Shown piece after piece: positions 28,371 through 35,995 of a stretch of 64,000 nt of DNA (position 1 is the first letter of the stretch; the number at the start of each line of letters is the position of its first letter). The position numbers and the translations under genes are program-made. Under the pieces are notes generated by a model. It ran no database searches, was not told the origin of the DNA, and worked only from the letters and a program-made list of their open reading frames with translations. Source of the DNA: a virus (taxonomy: Duplodnaviria > Caudoviricetes); the IMG/VR virus record IMGVR_UViG_3300049192_000016, positions 26,666-90,665 of that record; one strand, written 5' to 3'.

Positions 28371-28473
28371 TATTTTGTCTGTTAATTCAGACATCTTTTC
28401 TGAGCGCTCTTGGCAGGAGTGTAGCACCTCCTCTGCACTTTTGTTGATTGAAGTGCTCTCAGATGAGATTTAT

Positions 28474-28565
28474 AGAAAGTTGGCTGAGAGGTTTAAGGCA
28501 GCAGGTTGCTAACCTGTCGGATTGTTTATGCAGTCCCATCCGTTCGAATCGGATACTTTCTGCTA
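28474..28565 (+). tRNA. tRNA-Ser(GCT)
   Basis: Acceptor AGAAAGT/ACTTTCT; anticodon arm GCAGG-TTGCTAA-CCTGT; long variable arm; TTCGAAT T-loop; ends GCTA rather than GCCA. Confidence 0.9.
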
Positions 28566-28572
28566 GAGTTAT

Positions 28573-28668
28573 GGAAATGCAAACCGATGGGCGACGGTGC
28601 CGGTCTTGAAAACCGTGTGAGTTGTAGCAATACAGCCTTGGGAGTTCGACTCTACCCCATTTCCGCCA
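28573..28668 (+). tRNA. tRNA-Ser(TGA)
   Basis: Acceptor GGAAATG/CATTTCC, G73, CCA; loop CTTGAAA; long variable arm. Confidence 0.9.
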
Positions 28669-28677
28669 AAATATGTG

Positions 28678-28706
28678 TTGACAATTGTTCGAAGTTGTTG
28701 TACATT
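28678..28706 (+). promoter_or_regulatory. internal sigma70 promoter in the tRNA cluster
   Basis: TTGACA-N17-TACATT, 9 nt upstream of the next tRNA. Confidence 0.75.
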
Positions 28707-28715
28707 AGAGTTAAT

Positions 28716-28799
28716 GGGCTGGTGGCTAGTGGAAATTTGGTACACCTAATGGTCTTAGAAACCATGCTTTTGAGAGTTCGAGTCTCTCCCGGCCTACCA
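28716..28799 (+). tRNA. tRNA-Leu(TAG), atypical structure
   Basis: Acceptor GGGCTGG/CCGGCCT-ACCA; arm ATGGT-CTTAGAA-ACCAT; T arm GAGAG-TTCGAGT-CTCTC; short variable loop and extra nucleotides around the D arm. Confidence 0.8.
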
Positions 28800-28800
28800 T

Positions 28801-28893
28801 GGATTGAAGCCAAATATTGGTTTAAGTTGGCGCGGACTGTAAATCCGTAGCGTGCTAGACACGGTGAAGGTTCGATTCCTTCTCAATCCACCA
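28801..28893 (+). tRNA. tRNA-Tyr(GTA)
   Basis: Acceptor GGATTGA/TCAATCC-ACCA; arm GCGGA-CTGTAAA-TCCGT; long variable arm. Confidence 0.92.
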
Positions 28894-28894
28894 T

Positions 28895-28973
28895 CTGAGT
28901 GTAATGTCAGTCAGGTCAGACGGCCCGCTTTGGAAGTGGGAGGTCGCTAGTTCGAATCTAGCCACTCAGACCA
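28895..28973 (+). tRNA. tRNA-Pro(TGG)
   Basis: Acceptor CTGAGTG/CACTCAG-ACCA (C1-G72, A73); arm CCCGC-TTTGGAA-GTGGG. Confidence 0.92.
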
Positions 28974-28982
28974 GAATAAAAT

Positions 28983-29067
28983 GCAAGCGTGGTGGAATTG
29001 GTATACACAGCAGACTTAAGATCTGCCGCCTTCGGGATTGAGGGATCGTTGCCCTCCGCTTGTACCA
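28983..29067 (+). tRNA. tRNA-Leu(TAA)
   Basis: Acceptor GCAAGCG/CGCTTGT-ACCA; arm GCAGA-CTTAAGA-TCTGC; non-canonical T-loop ATCGTTG. Confidence 0.9.
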
Positions 29068-29076
29068 AGTTTCAAT

Positions 29077-29151
29077 GCTCTGTTAGTTTAACATGGTAAA
29101 ATCTCCCCTTGTAAGGGAGCATAGGCGTTTCGAGCACGTCACAGAGCACCA
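29077..29151 (+). tRNA. tRNA-Thr(TGT)
   Basis: Acceptor GCTCTGT/ACAGAGC-ACCA; arm CTCCC-CTTGTAA-GGGAG. Confidence 0.9.
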
Positions 29152-29160
29152 AGTTTCAAA

Positions 29161-29233
29161 TGCGGGGTAGTGTAAAGGTAGCACGAAAGTCTCATAAGCT
29201 TTCAGTCCAGTTCGACTCTGGCGACCGCATCCA
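29161..29233 (+). tRNA. tRNA-Met(CAT) (elongator, initiator or Ile2 identity unresolved)
   Basis: Arm AAAGT-CTCATAA-GCTTT; TTCGACT T-loop; CCA end; acceptor stem imperfect; lacks the three G-C pairs of the initiator anticodon stem. Confidence 0.8.
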
Positions 29234-29240
29234 AATTTAT

Positions 29241-29315
29241 TGTAGAGTAGCACAGAGGTAGTGCAGTTGACTGTTAATCAATTGGTCGGTGGTTCGATCC
29301 CACCCTCTACAGCCA
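29241..29315 (+). tRNA. tRNA-Asn(GTT)
   Basis: Acceptor TGTAGAG/CTCTACA-GCCA; arm GTTGA-CTGTTAA-TCAAT. Confidence 0.92.
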
Positions 29316-29321
29316 TATAAA

Positions 29322-29394
29322 GCGGGATTGGTGTAAGTGGCAACACAGTATCTTTCCAAGTTACAGTAGTCAGTTCGATTTCTGACATTCCGCT
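29322..29394 (+). tRNA. tRNA-Gly(TCC), no encoded CCA
   Basis: Acceptor GCGGGAT/ATTCCGC; loop TTTCCAA; T arm GTCAG-TTCGATTT-CTGAC (8-nt loop). Confidence 0.82.
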
Positions 29395-29773
29395 CTCTAA
29401 TTCGCCTTCATGGCCCGTAGCACAGAAATTCAGGGACGCCTGATAAAGCCTTCGGAGCACAACCCGCTGCTATTCAATTAATAACGATTGATGTGTACGG
29501 TTGTCACGGAGCACCATTTAAAGTCTTACAGGCTTCTTAGTTCAGCACTTACAGTGGTCTAAGAAATAACCCACGTAAGCAATTCTACAGAACATTCACC
29601 GCATCCTGTCTTCAGAGTAGGCTCTTGCCGTGAGTGTTCTACCTATCTGGTTGCAGCCGTCATTGCGCTGTCATCTGTAGTAGTTCATCACGGTAAGACA
29701 ATCCCTAAAGAACTCAAAAGAGATTCTACACACGAATCTACGAATTGTCGTATTCAAAATTCTAGGAGGAACA

Positions 29774-29986
29774 ATGTCTAAAGAAGAAAAAGTTTATTAC
29801 GAAGAAGCTGGTAAAGGAACGCATCGTCGTGTAGAAGATCGTGAAAAGATTGCCTCAAATTGGGACAAGATTGATTGGTCGAAGAAGACTGAAGACAAGC
29901 AGGAGGAAGTTTGTGCAACTTGTCTTGGTAAAGGTGGGATTTGGGATTGTGGTTGGTACTATGAGTGCACTACTTGTGGGAAGTAG
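29774..29986 (+). CDS. small protein with C-terminal Zn ribbon
   Basis: AGGAGG RBS; CATC...CTTC. Confidence 0.65.
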   Translation: MSKEEKVYYEEAGKGTHRRVEDREKIASNWDKIDWSKKTEDKQEEVCATCLGKGGIWDCGWYYECTTCGK

Positions 29987-30151
29987 TTTGTAGATTTATT
30001 TAGGTTGTGGAGAGGAAGCCATTTAAGGGCTTTGAGATAGTGGCATGGTTTGTGTGGCGTGCTATCAAGATTACGCGGCGAACAGGGTAGCTCCCTTGGT
30101 AGAACCTTAACTTCTATCTAGCCGCATTTATTAACTCGTTAAGGGAGTGTT

Positions 30152-31285
30152 ATGCAGGGAAAAGAAGACTTAATAGTTGTTCCGGGAATGATTTTTGAAA
30201 CTAATAATTATGGCAAGGTTGCAGTTATAGAATATAACAGTGCCAATAATGTAATAGTAGAGTTTGAAAACGGGCATATTCAAAAGGTTCATAAAGTACA
30301 ACTCAAAAATGGTAAACTAAGAAACCGAAGTCTTCCCGGACCATCTAATGCGTTGAAAAGTTCTGAAGAACAAATAAACAAACTTAAAGAAATTCACAAT
30401 AACTTTTACGACTACTCTGAGTCTGAGTACACAACGGCAAAAGATAAAATAAAAATTAAATGCCCTGTTCACGGCTTCTTCTGGCAAACCTATTCATGCC
30501 ACGCATCCGGCAAAGGTTGCGAAAAATGCGCAAGGGAGCGAACTATACAAGGAATTAGAAATAGGAATGGCCATACTGTAGAATCTCTAATAGAGAAATT
30601 TAAAGAAATTCATGGTGACAAATATGAATATCCAAATTTTGTAAGAATAGATAGTAAAGAGAAAATTGAAATTGTATGTAAGAAACACAATAAACCTTTC
30701 TATCAGGTCTACAAAGTTCATTTAAAAGGTCATGGTTGTCCTGATTGCGCTTTTGAAAGAATTGCTGAAAATCAAAGATACACGACTGAAGAGTTTATAT
30801 TCCTTTGTCAAGAAAAATATGGAGATAAGTACGATTATTCAAGACTTGAATACAAATCTTATCATGAACCTGTGGAGATAGGTTGCAGAGAATCCGGCCA
30901 CGGATTTTTCAAAACTAGAGCTTCAAGTCATCACTACCAGAATACAGGTTGCCCTGATTGCAATAAAGGCGGGTTCAATGCGAATAAACCAGCCACTTTA
31001 TATGTATTCTACTCAGGAGATATGACCAAAGTAGGTATTACGAACAGGTCAGCAGCAGAAAGATGCCGAGAGTTAAATGTAGATGCAGGTCATTGTTTTG
31101 AGGTTGTTAGGCAACACAATTTTGAAAGTGGTTTTGTTTGTTCTAACATTGAAACAGAGCTTTTACGATATCTAAGAAAGCTGTATAAAAATCCTGAAAT
31201 CAAGTTCAATGGTTCTTCTGAGTGTTTCTTTGATGTAGATAGAGAAGCTTTGAATAAGAAAATAGAGGAATTAACAAATGACTAA
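30152..31285 (+). CDS. freestanding homing-type endonuclease: N-terminal repeat, three DUF723-like Zn-binding repeats, C-terminal GIY-YIG/T5orf172-like domain
   Basis: CPVHG..H..GxGCxxC repeated three times; LYVF...KVGIT...ERC...IETELL; overlaps the terL start by 8 nt. Confidence 0.8.
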   Translation: MQGKEDLIVVPGMIFETNNYGKVAVIEYNSANNVIVEFENGHIQKVHKVQLKNGKLRNRSLPGPSNALKSSEEQINKLKEIHNNFYDYSESEYTTAKDKIKIKCPVHGFFWQTYSCHASGKGCEKCARERTIQGIRNRNGHTVESLIEKFKEIHGDKYEYPNFVRIDSKEKIEIVCKKHNKPFYQVYKVHLKGHGCPDCAFERIAENQRYTTEEFIFLCQEKYGDKYDYSRLEYKSYHEPVEIGCRESGHGFFKTRASSHHYQNTGCPDCNKGGFNANKPATLYVFYSGDMTKVGITNRSAAERCRELNVDAGHCFEVVRQHNFESGFVCSNIETELLRYLRKLYKNPEIKFNGSSECFFDVDREALNKKIEELTND

Positions 31286-31382
31286 ACAAAAGAAAGAAAA
31301 GAAAGTATTTCAGCCTATCAGTGAAAAACAGAGGATGTTTTTTAATGATAAAACAACTGATGTAATTTTTCTCGGTGGTGGT
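31278..31382 (+). CDS. terL: terminase large subunit, exon 1 (35 codons)
   Basis: MTKQKKEKKVFQPISEKQRMFFNDKTTDVIFLGGG after a GAGG RBS; in frame with exon 2 once 240 nt are removed. Confidence 0.9.
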
Positions 31383-31622
31383 AGATAATCCGGTGCCTCC
31401 ACGTTAAAAACAACTCTCTAACTCGGGGGAACTCTCAAGTAGACAATCCCGAACGAAGCCCTTATGGGTGTGTCTAACGACTAGCTGAAAAGCGTACACT
31501 CAAGTGAGTGGAAACGGGAGTCTTCTCTTAGGAGAAAGAAAATATAGTCTAATCTTTATAGCGATATAAAGCAGCTTAATTGCGGGCAAAGATTAACGAC
31601 CTTTGTTGAATAGTGCCTCATG
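31383..31622 (+). mobile_element. group I intron (IA2-like, ORF-less) in terL
   Basis: 5' splice site after U and terminal G; P1 (exon GTGGTGGT with GCCTCCAC), P10 (GCCGG/CCGGT), P3 ACTCTC/GGGAGT, P4 TCGGG/CCCGA, P7 GACTA/TAGTC, plus P7.1, P7.2, P8 and P9 hairpins. Confidence 0.93.
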
Positions 31623-33038
31623 GCCGGTGGAGGTAAATCTGCAAGCGTATTAATGAAAAACCTTGACGGCATTCATGATAAGAATTTTCGTTGTTCTATC
31701 CTCCGTCGTTATGAGCCAGAGTTAAAAAAACTCGGTGGGTTAATTGATGAGAGCAAAAACGTGTACTCATTTTTCACGAAAGAGCCTTATAAAACACAAA
31801 ATAAGCAATGGATTTTCCCCAGTGGAGCTATGATTGCCTTCGGTGCTATTTCTTGTGATGATGATTTGAGGTCTTGGCAGGGGAGTCAGCTAACTCGAAT
31901 TTGCGTGGACGAAGTTTGTACAGGTTGGACAGAGAAACAGATTCTTTTCCTTCAGTCTCGCTTGCGTACAGTCGGTTCTGATATTCACCCTCAACTTCTA
32001 TTAACTGGGAATCCAGAGTTCTCCAGTTTTATGAAGGAATGGGTTGATTTCTGCCTTGATCCCGATACAGGTGTACCTGTTTCCGGAACAGAGAACAGAA
32101 TTCGTTGGTTTTACGTTGAGGATAATAAGGCAAAATGGGCTGACAGTCCAGAAGAATGCTACGAGTTGTATGGTAAACCCAAAGGGATGATATACGCTCA
32201 TAAGATGTCTGAAGATGAGATGAACAAATTGAGTGTGCATGATCGTACTCGTTTGTTTATGCCAAAATCGTTCCGTTTCATACCCACTGGTGTTTTTGAC
32301 AACAAATATTTGCTACCACCGCTGAACAACAGTTATTTGCCTTCTCTGTTGTCTCAACCTTACGTAAATCAGTTAGTTTTTTTACACGGATCGTGGACAG
32401 CCCGAGAGCAAGGAAGTAGTTTCTTCGATAGAAGTTGGGTAGAGATTGTTGATTTTGCGCCACCAGACGCAGTTAGGGCAAGAGCTTGGGATTTTGCCTC
32501 TGAAGAAAAAACAAAAAGCAACAACCCTGACTTCACTGCTGGGGTTAAGATGAGTAGAGATAAACTAGGCTTCTACTATATTGAAGACGTTGTTAGGTTT
32601 CAAGCAAGCGTAGATAAGGTGCTAAAAAAGGTCGCCGAAATAGCTGAAGACGATGGAGATAAGACTACGACCATTATCCCAACTGACCCAGCGGCGGCAG
32701 GTAAAGCTGCATCCTTCTTTTTCAAGAAAGTGTTAGCTGAAGCAGGTATTTATGTAAAAACAGCACCTACAGTGAGTGGAAAATCTAAATTGACACGTTT
32801 TTTACCATTCTGTTCGTTAGCTGAATCGGGTTTTGTAAAGGTTGTTCGAGGGGATTGGAACGAAGAATACTTCTGTGAATTAGAAAGATTCTCTGCTGAT
32901 TTGAGAATTCAGAAACATTCTAAGGACGATCAACTCGATGCCACGAGTGATGTTTTCAATTACTTGGTGAGGAATCAGGATGTGCCTAATTTCTCCCTAC
33001 CCAACCTAACCCAACCATCCCCAATCCCTACATTATAA
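31623..33038 (+). CDS. terL: terminase large subunit, exon 2
   Basis: Splicing restores Walker A GGGAGGGKS; Walker B ICVDE; nuclease motifs AWDFA and DDQLDA. Confidence 0.93.
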   Translation, partial: AGGGKSASVLMKNLDGIHDKNFRCSILRRYEPELKKLGGLIDESKNVYSFFTKEPYKTQNKQWIFPSGAMIAFGAISCDDDLRSWQGSQLTRICVDEVCTGWTEKQILFLQSRLRTVGSDIHPQLLLTGNPEFSSFMKEWVDFCLDPDTGVPVSGTENRIRWFYVEDNKAKWADSPEECYELYGKPKGMIYAHKMSEDEMNKLSVHDRTRLFMPKSFRFIPTGVFDNKYLLPPLNNSYLPSLLSQPYVNQLVFLHGSWTAREQGSSFFDRSWVEIVDFAPPDAVRARAWDFASEEKTKSNNPDFTAGVKMSRDKLGFYYIEDVVRFQASVDKVLKKVAEIAEDDGDKTTTIIPTDPAAAGKAASFFFKKVLAEAGIYVKTAPTVSGKSKLTRFLPFCSLAESGFVKVVRGDWNEEYFCELERFSADLRIQKHSKDDQLDATSDVFNYLVRNQDVPNFSLPNLTQPSPIPTL

Positions 33039-33077
33039 CATACAAAATGTAGAAAACAAGAGCAAAGTTGTAAAATG

Positions 33078-33106
33078 TTGACAAGAAACATTTCTCATGC
33101 TACAAT
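33078..33106 (+). promoter_or_regulatory. sigma70-type promoter for the head operon
   Basis: TTGACA-N17-TACAAT with an extended TG. Confidence 0.8.
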
Positions 33107-33133
33107 CTTGCTCGTAAAAATTCAGGAGAGAAA

Positions 33134-34615
33134 ATGGCTAAAAAGAAGCCCACAGATACGGCTCTTGAGGCCGATGAAGGTCAGGCAATTCCAAGAATTT
33201 CCCTCTCGGAGACAGGTTACAGTGGACTCCGAATCTCAGCAAAACAAATTCTAGATGAAAAACAACGTACATTTCTTCCCGGCCCTGCTTTGTGGCAAGT
33301 CATCGAAGAGATGATGTTGGATAGTACAGTTTCGACAGCTTTCAATGTCTACACAATGTTTATGGCACGAGTAAACTGGAAAGTTTGCCCACCAGAGAAT
33401 GCGACTGATATAGAAAAAGAACGAACAGAATTTATCGCATCTTGCAAAGATGATATGGAGGGAAGTTGGACAAGCTTCATGACCGAAGTATTACCATATC
33501 TGAAGTATGGTCATGCTATCATTGAAAAAGTTTATCGTCGCAGATTGAAAAAGAACGGTAGTAAATACAACGATGGTAAAGTAGGTATTCGCAAACTTGC
33601 TCCTCGTAGCCAAGAAACGATTACAAAGTGGTATTTTTCTGAAGATGGTAGAGAACTTCTAGCAGTAGGGCAAAATATGTCTTTCCTGCAAGGTTCTTCC
33701 AGATACAAAGTAAATACGAACGATGATGGTGTGGTAGAACTCAAACGTGAAAAAATTATGATTTTCACGGCTGACGGTACAAAGAACAATCCACAAGGTA
33801 AATCTCTTTTGCGTTGTGTATTCTTGCCATACAAACAGTTAACACTGCTTAAAGATCAATTGATGCTAGGTGTGTCTAAAGATTTGCAAGGGATTCCATA
33901 TTTCCAAATCCCACCAAAATATCTTGATCCAAACGCTTCTGCTGAAGATAAAGCTGTGTACGAGTCTTTTAAAGTGATTGTAAAAGGTCTTGCAGAGGGT
34001 ACTCAGAAGGGTGTGATTCTCCCTAAGATTATCGACTCTGAAACTAAAGAAGACCTTGTTTCGCTGCAACTGCTAGAAGCCAAAGGTGGGAAGTCTTTCG
34101 ACATTCCTACAATCATCACTTCTTTGCAGAATGACATTCTGACAGCACTTTCTTGCGATGTTGTGCGTCTAGGACAAAACAACGTTGGTTCTTTCTCACT
34201 GTCCTCTAGTAAAGAGAATTTGTTAGCAATGGCTATTGAATTCCGTTTGAAGGAAATTCAAGAAGTTCTCAACAACGATTTGGTACGACAATTATACGAG
34301 CTAAATGGTTGGGACACAAGCAGAATGTGTAAATTTGAATACGATGACGTAATCGATTTAGACATGGATGAATATGGTAAATATTTGCAACGTACTGCTG
34401 CTGTTGGTTTGTTGGTTAAAGACCATGAAACCATAAACAAAGTTCGTGAAGTGATGCAAGTTAGCCCGATTCCTGAAGACGAACCTATTCCCGAAGACAA
34501 AATGACTGGTAACAGTTCTCGCTCTGGTGATGGTATGGAAAAAGGCTCTGGCAATGGTACTTCTGATAAAGCTGCTGGAGAGGATACTTCATCTTCAAAC
34601 AAAGAAAACAATTAA
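33134..34615 (+). CDS. portal protein
   Basis: 493 aa directly after terL; YGHAIIEKVY, NPQGKSLLR and GSFSLS motifs of DUF935-type portals. Confidence 0.88.
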   Translation: MAKKKPTDTALEADEGQAIPRISLSETGYSGLRISAKQILDEKQRTFLPGPALWQVIEEMMLDSTVSTAFNVYTMFMARVNWKVCPPENATDIEKERTEFIASCKDDMEGSWTSFMTEVLPYLKYGHAIIEKVYRRRLKKNGSKYNDGKVGIRKLAPRSQETITKWYFSEDGRELLAVGQNMSFLQGSSRYKVNTNDDGVVELKREKIMIFTADGTKNNPQGKSLLRCVFLPYKQLTLLKDQLMLGVSKDLQGIPYFQIPPKYLDPNASAEDKAVYESFKVIVKGLAEGTQKGVILPKIIDSETKEDLVSLQLLEAKGGKSFDIPTIITSLQNDILTALSCDVVRLGQNNVGSFSLSSSKENLLAMAIEFRLKEIQEVLNNDLVRQLYELNGWDTSRMCKFEYDDVIDLDMDEYGKYLQRTAAVGLLVKDHETINKVREVMQVSPIPEDEPIPEDKMTGNSSRSGDGMEKGSGNGTSDKAAGEDTSSSNKENN

Positions 34616-34627
34616 TAAAGGAGCCAT

Positions 34628-35470
34628 ATGGCACATAGCTTACACAGGCTCCTAGCGAGTCTATATTCTGTCCCACATTTAGTTACAGCAGAAGCATTGA
34701 AGCCGATTATTGATTATCTTCAGATGCGTAACTCTGTGAACTTTGCTGTTGTACCCCAAGAAAATCTTCAAAAGAAAAAAGAACAAAAACAATATGGTGA
34801 TGTTGGCGAAATTCTTATAGATGGTGCTCTGTCATATCAACCTGTCTACGGTGAGTGCGGTGTTGTCGAAGGAACTAGCTATGTAGGTATCTTAGCACAA
34901 GCTCAGGAACTTATCAATGGTGGGATCAAGGTTTTGGTGACTACTCACTCTAGCCCCGGGGGTCAGGCAATGCACTGTTTCTCTACGGCAAATGATCTTC
35001 GTAAGATGTGTACGGATGCAGGAGTACACTGGATTAGTTATATTGATGAACAATCTGCGTCAGCAAGCCTAGCAATTGGTATTGCTGCTGACGAAGTGAT
35101 TATTCATCCTAGTGCCGAGACAGGTTCTATTGGTTGTGTTTGTGCAATTCTAGATGCTTCTAAAGCATTAGAGAATGCTGGACTAAAACCAATCTATATT
35201 TCTTCCACTCCGGGTAAAACACCTTTTAATGAGGATGGAAGTTTCTCTGAAGAGTTCCTGTCGCGTATGCAAGAGTCTGTGACAAAACTTGGAAATCAAT
35301 TTATCGACCATGTAAACAAATACACGGGATTGTCTGCAAAAGAAATTTCTGACATGGACGCAAAGATGTTTGATGCTGAAGAAGCATTGTCAATCGGTCT
35401 TGTAAATAAAATTATGGATCATAATCAATTTGTAGATTATCTGTCTACTTTAACAAAGGGAGCAAATTAA
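34628..35470 (+). CDS. prohead protease, peptidase S49 family
   Basis: SPGGQ, SASASLAIG, AETGSIG motifs; head-gene position. Confidence 0.88.
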   Translation: MAHSLHRLLASLYSVPHLVTAEALKPIIDYLQMRNSVNFAVVPQENLQKKKEQKQYGDVGEILIDGALSYQPVYGECGVVEGTSYVGILAQAQELINGGIKVLVTTHSSPGGQAMHCFSTANDLRKMCTDAGVHWISYIDEQSASASLAIGIAADEVIIHPSAETGSIGCVCAILDASKALENAGLKPIYISSTPGKTPFNEDGSFSEEFLSRMQESVTKLGNQFIDHVNKYTGLSAKEISDMDAKMFDAEEALSIGLVNKIMDHNQFVDYLSTLTKGAN

Positions 35471-35982
35471 TGCTTGAAAATTTGAAAAAGAAATTGGGTA
35501 TTGTTCCCAATGTTGAAGCAGAGGATGTGCAGGAAACTGTAACTTTCTCTGTAACGGATTCGCAAGAATACAAAGAATTGTTGGAAGGCTTCACTGAACA
35601 AAGTGCTCAACTCGATGCCGCTGTAGCTAAATCTACTGCTCTGGAAGACAAAGTGAAATCTTTGGAAGCACAACTGACGCAATTTGCAGAGCAAAAAGTT
35701 GCTGCTGAAGCTGAAGCAAAGAAAGTAAAAATGGATGCACGTTTAGCATCTCTTTCTAAAGAAGTTGGCGATGAACGGGCTGCAAAAGTTCTAGCCGCAA
35801 CTGAGGGTCTGGATGATGTAGCTTTTGAAGCTATTGCCAGTGCTCTTAAAATGTCGGCTGACAATGAAGCCAATTCAACTCTCTTTACAGAGCAAGGCGG
35901 GGAAGGCGAAGTATCTGCTGACGCTTTGAGTGCAGAATCGGCAGAAATGAAGATTCTCAAAGAGAAATACAAACCTAATTAA
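35470..35982 (+). CDS. scaffold-like coiled-coil protein
   Basis: Acidic heptad-rich helix between the protease and decoration genes. Confidence 0.65.
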   Translation: MLENLKKKLGIVPNVEAEDVQETVTFSVTDSQEYKELLEGFTEQSAQLDAAVAKSTALEDKVKSLEAQLTQFAEQKVAAEAEAKKVKMDARLASLSKEVGDERAAKVLAATEGLDDVAFEAIASALKMSADNEANSTLFTEQGGEGEVSADALSAESAEMKILKEKYKPN

Positions 35983-35995
35983 TAAAGGATAGAAA

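Noticed and set aside
29411-29470. Possible eleventh tRNA (Ile, GAT)
   Set aside because: GTAGCACAGA (shared with tRNA-Asn) and CCTGATAA resemble tRNA parts, but there is no T arm, acceptor stem or CCA. At most a remnant.
31620-31622. ORF-track start codon for terL
   Set aside because: It has no RBS, would begin inside the Walker A loop, and is explained as the last three bases of the intron.
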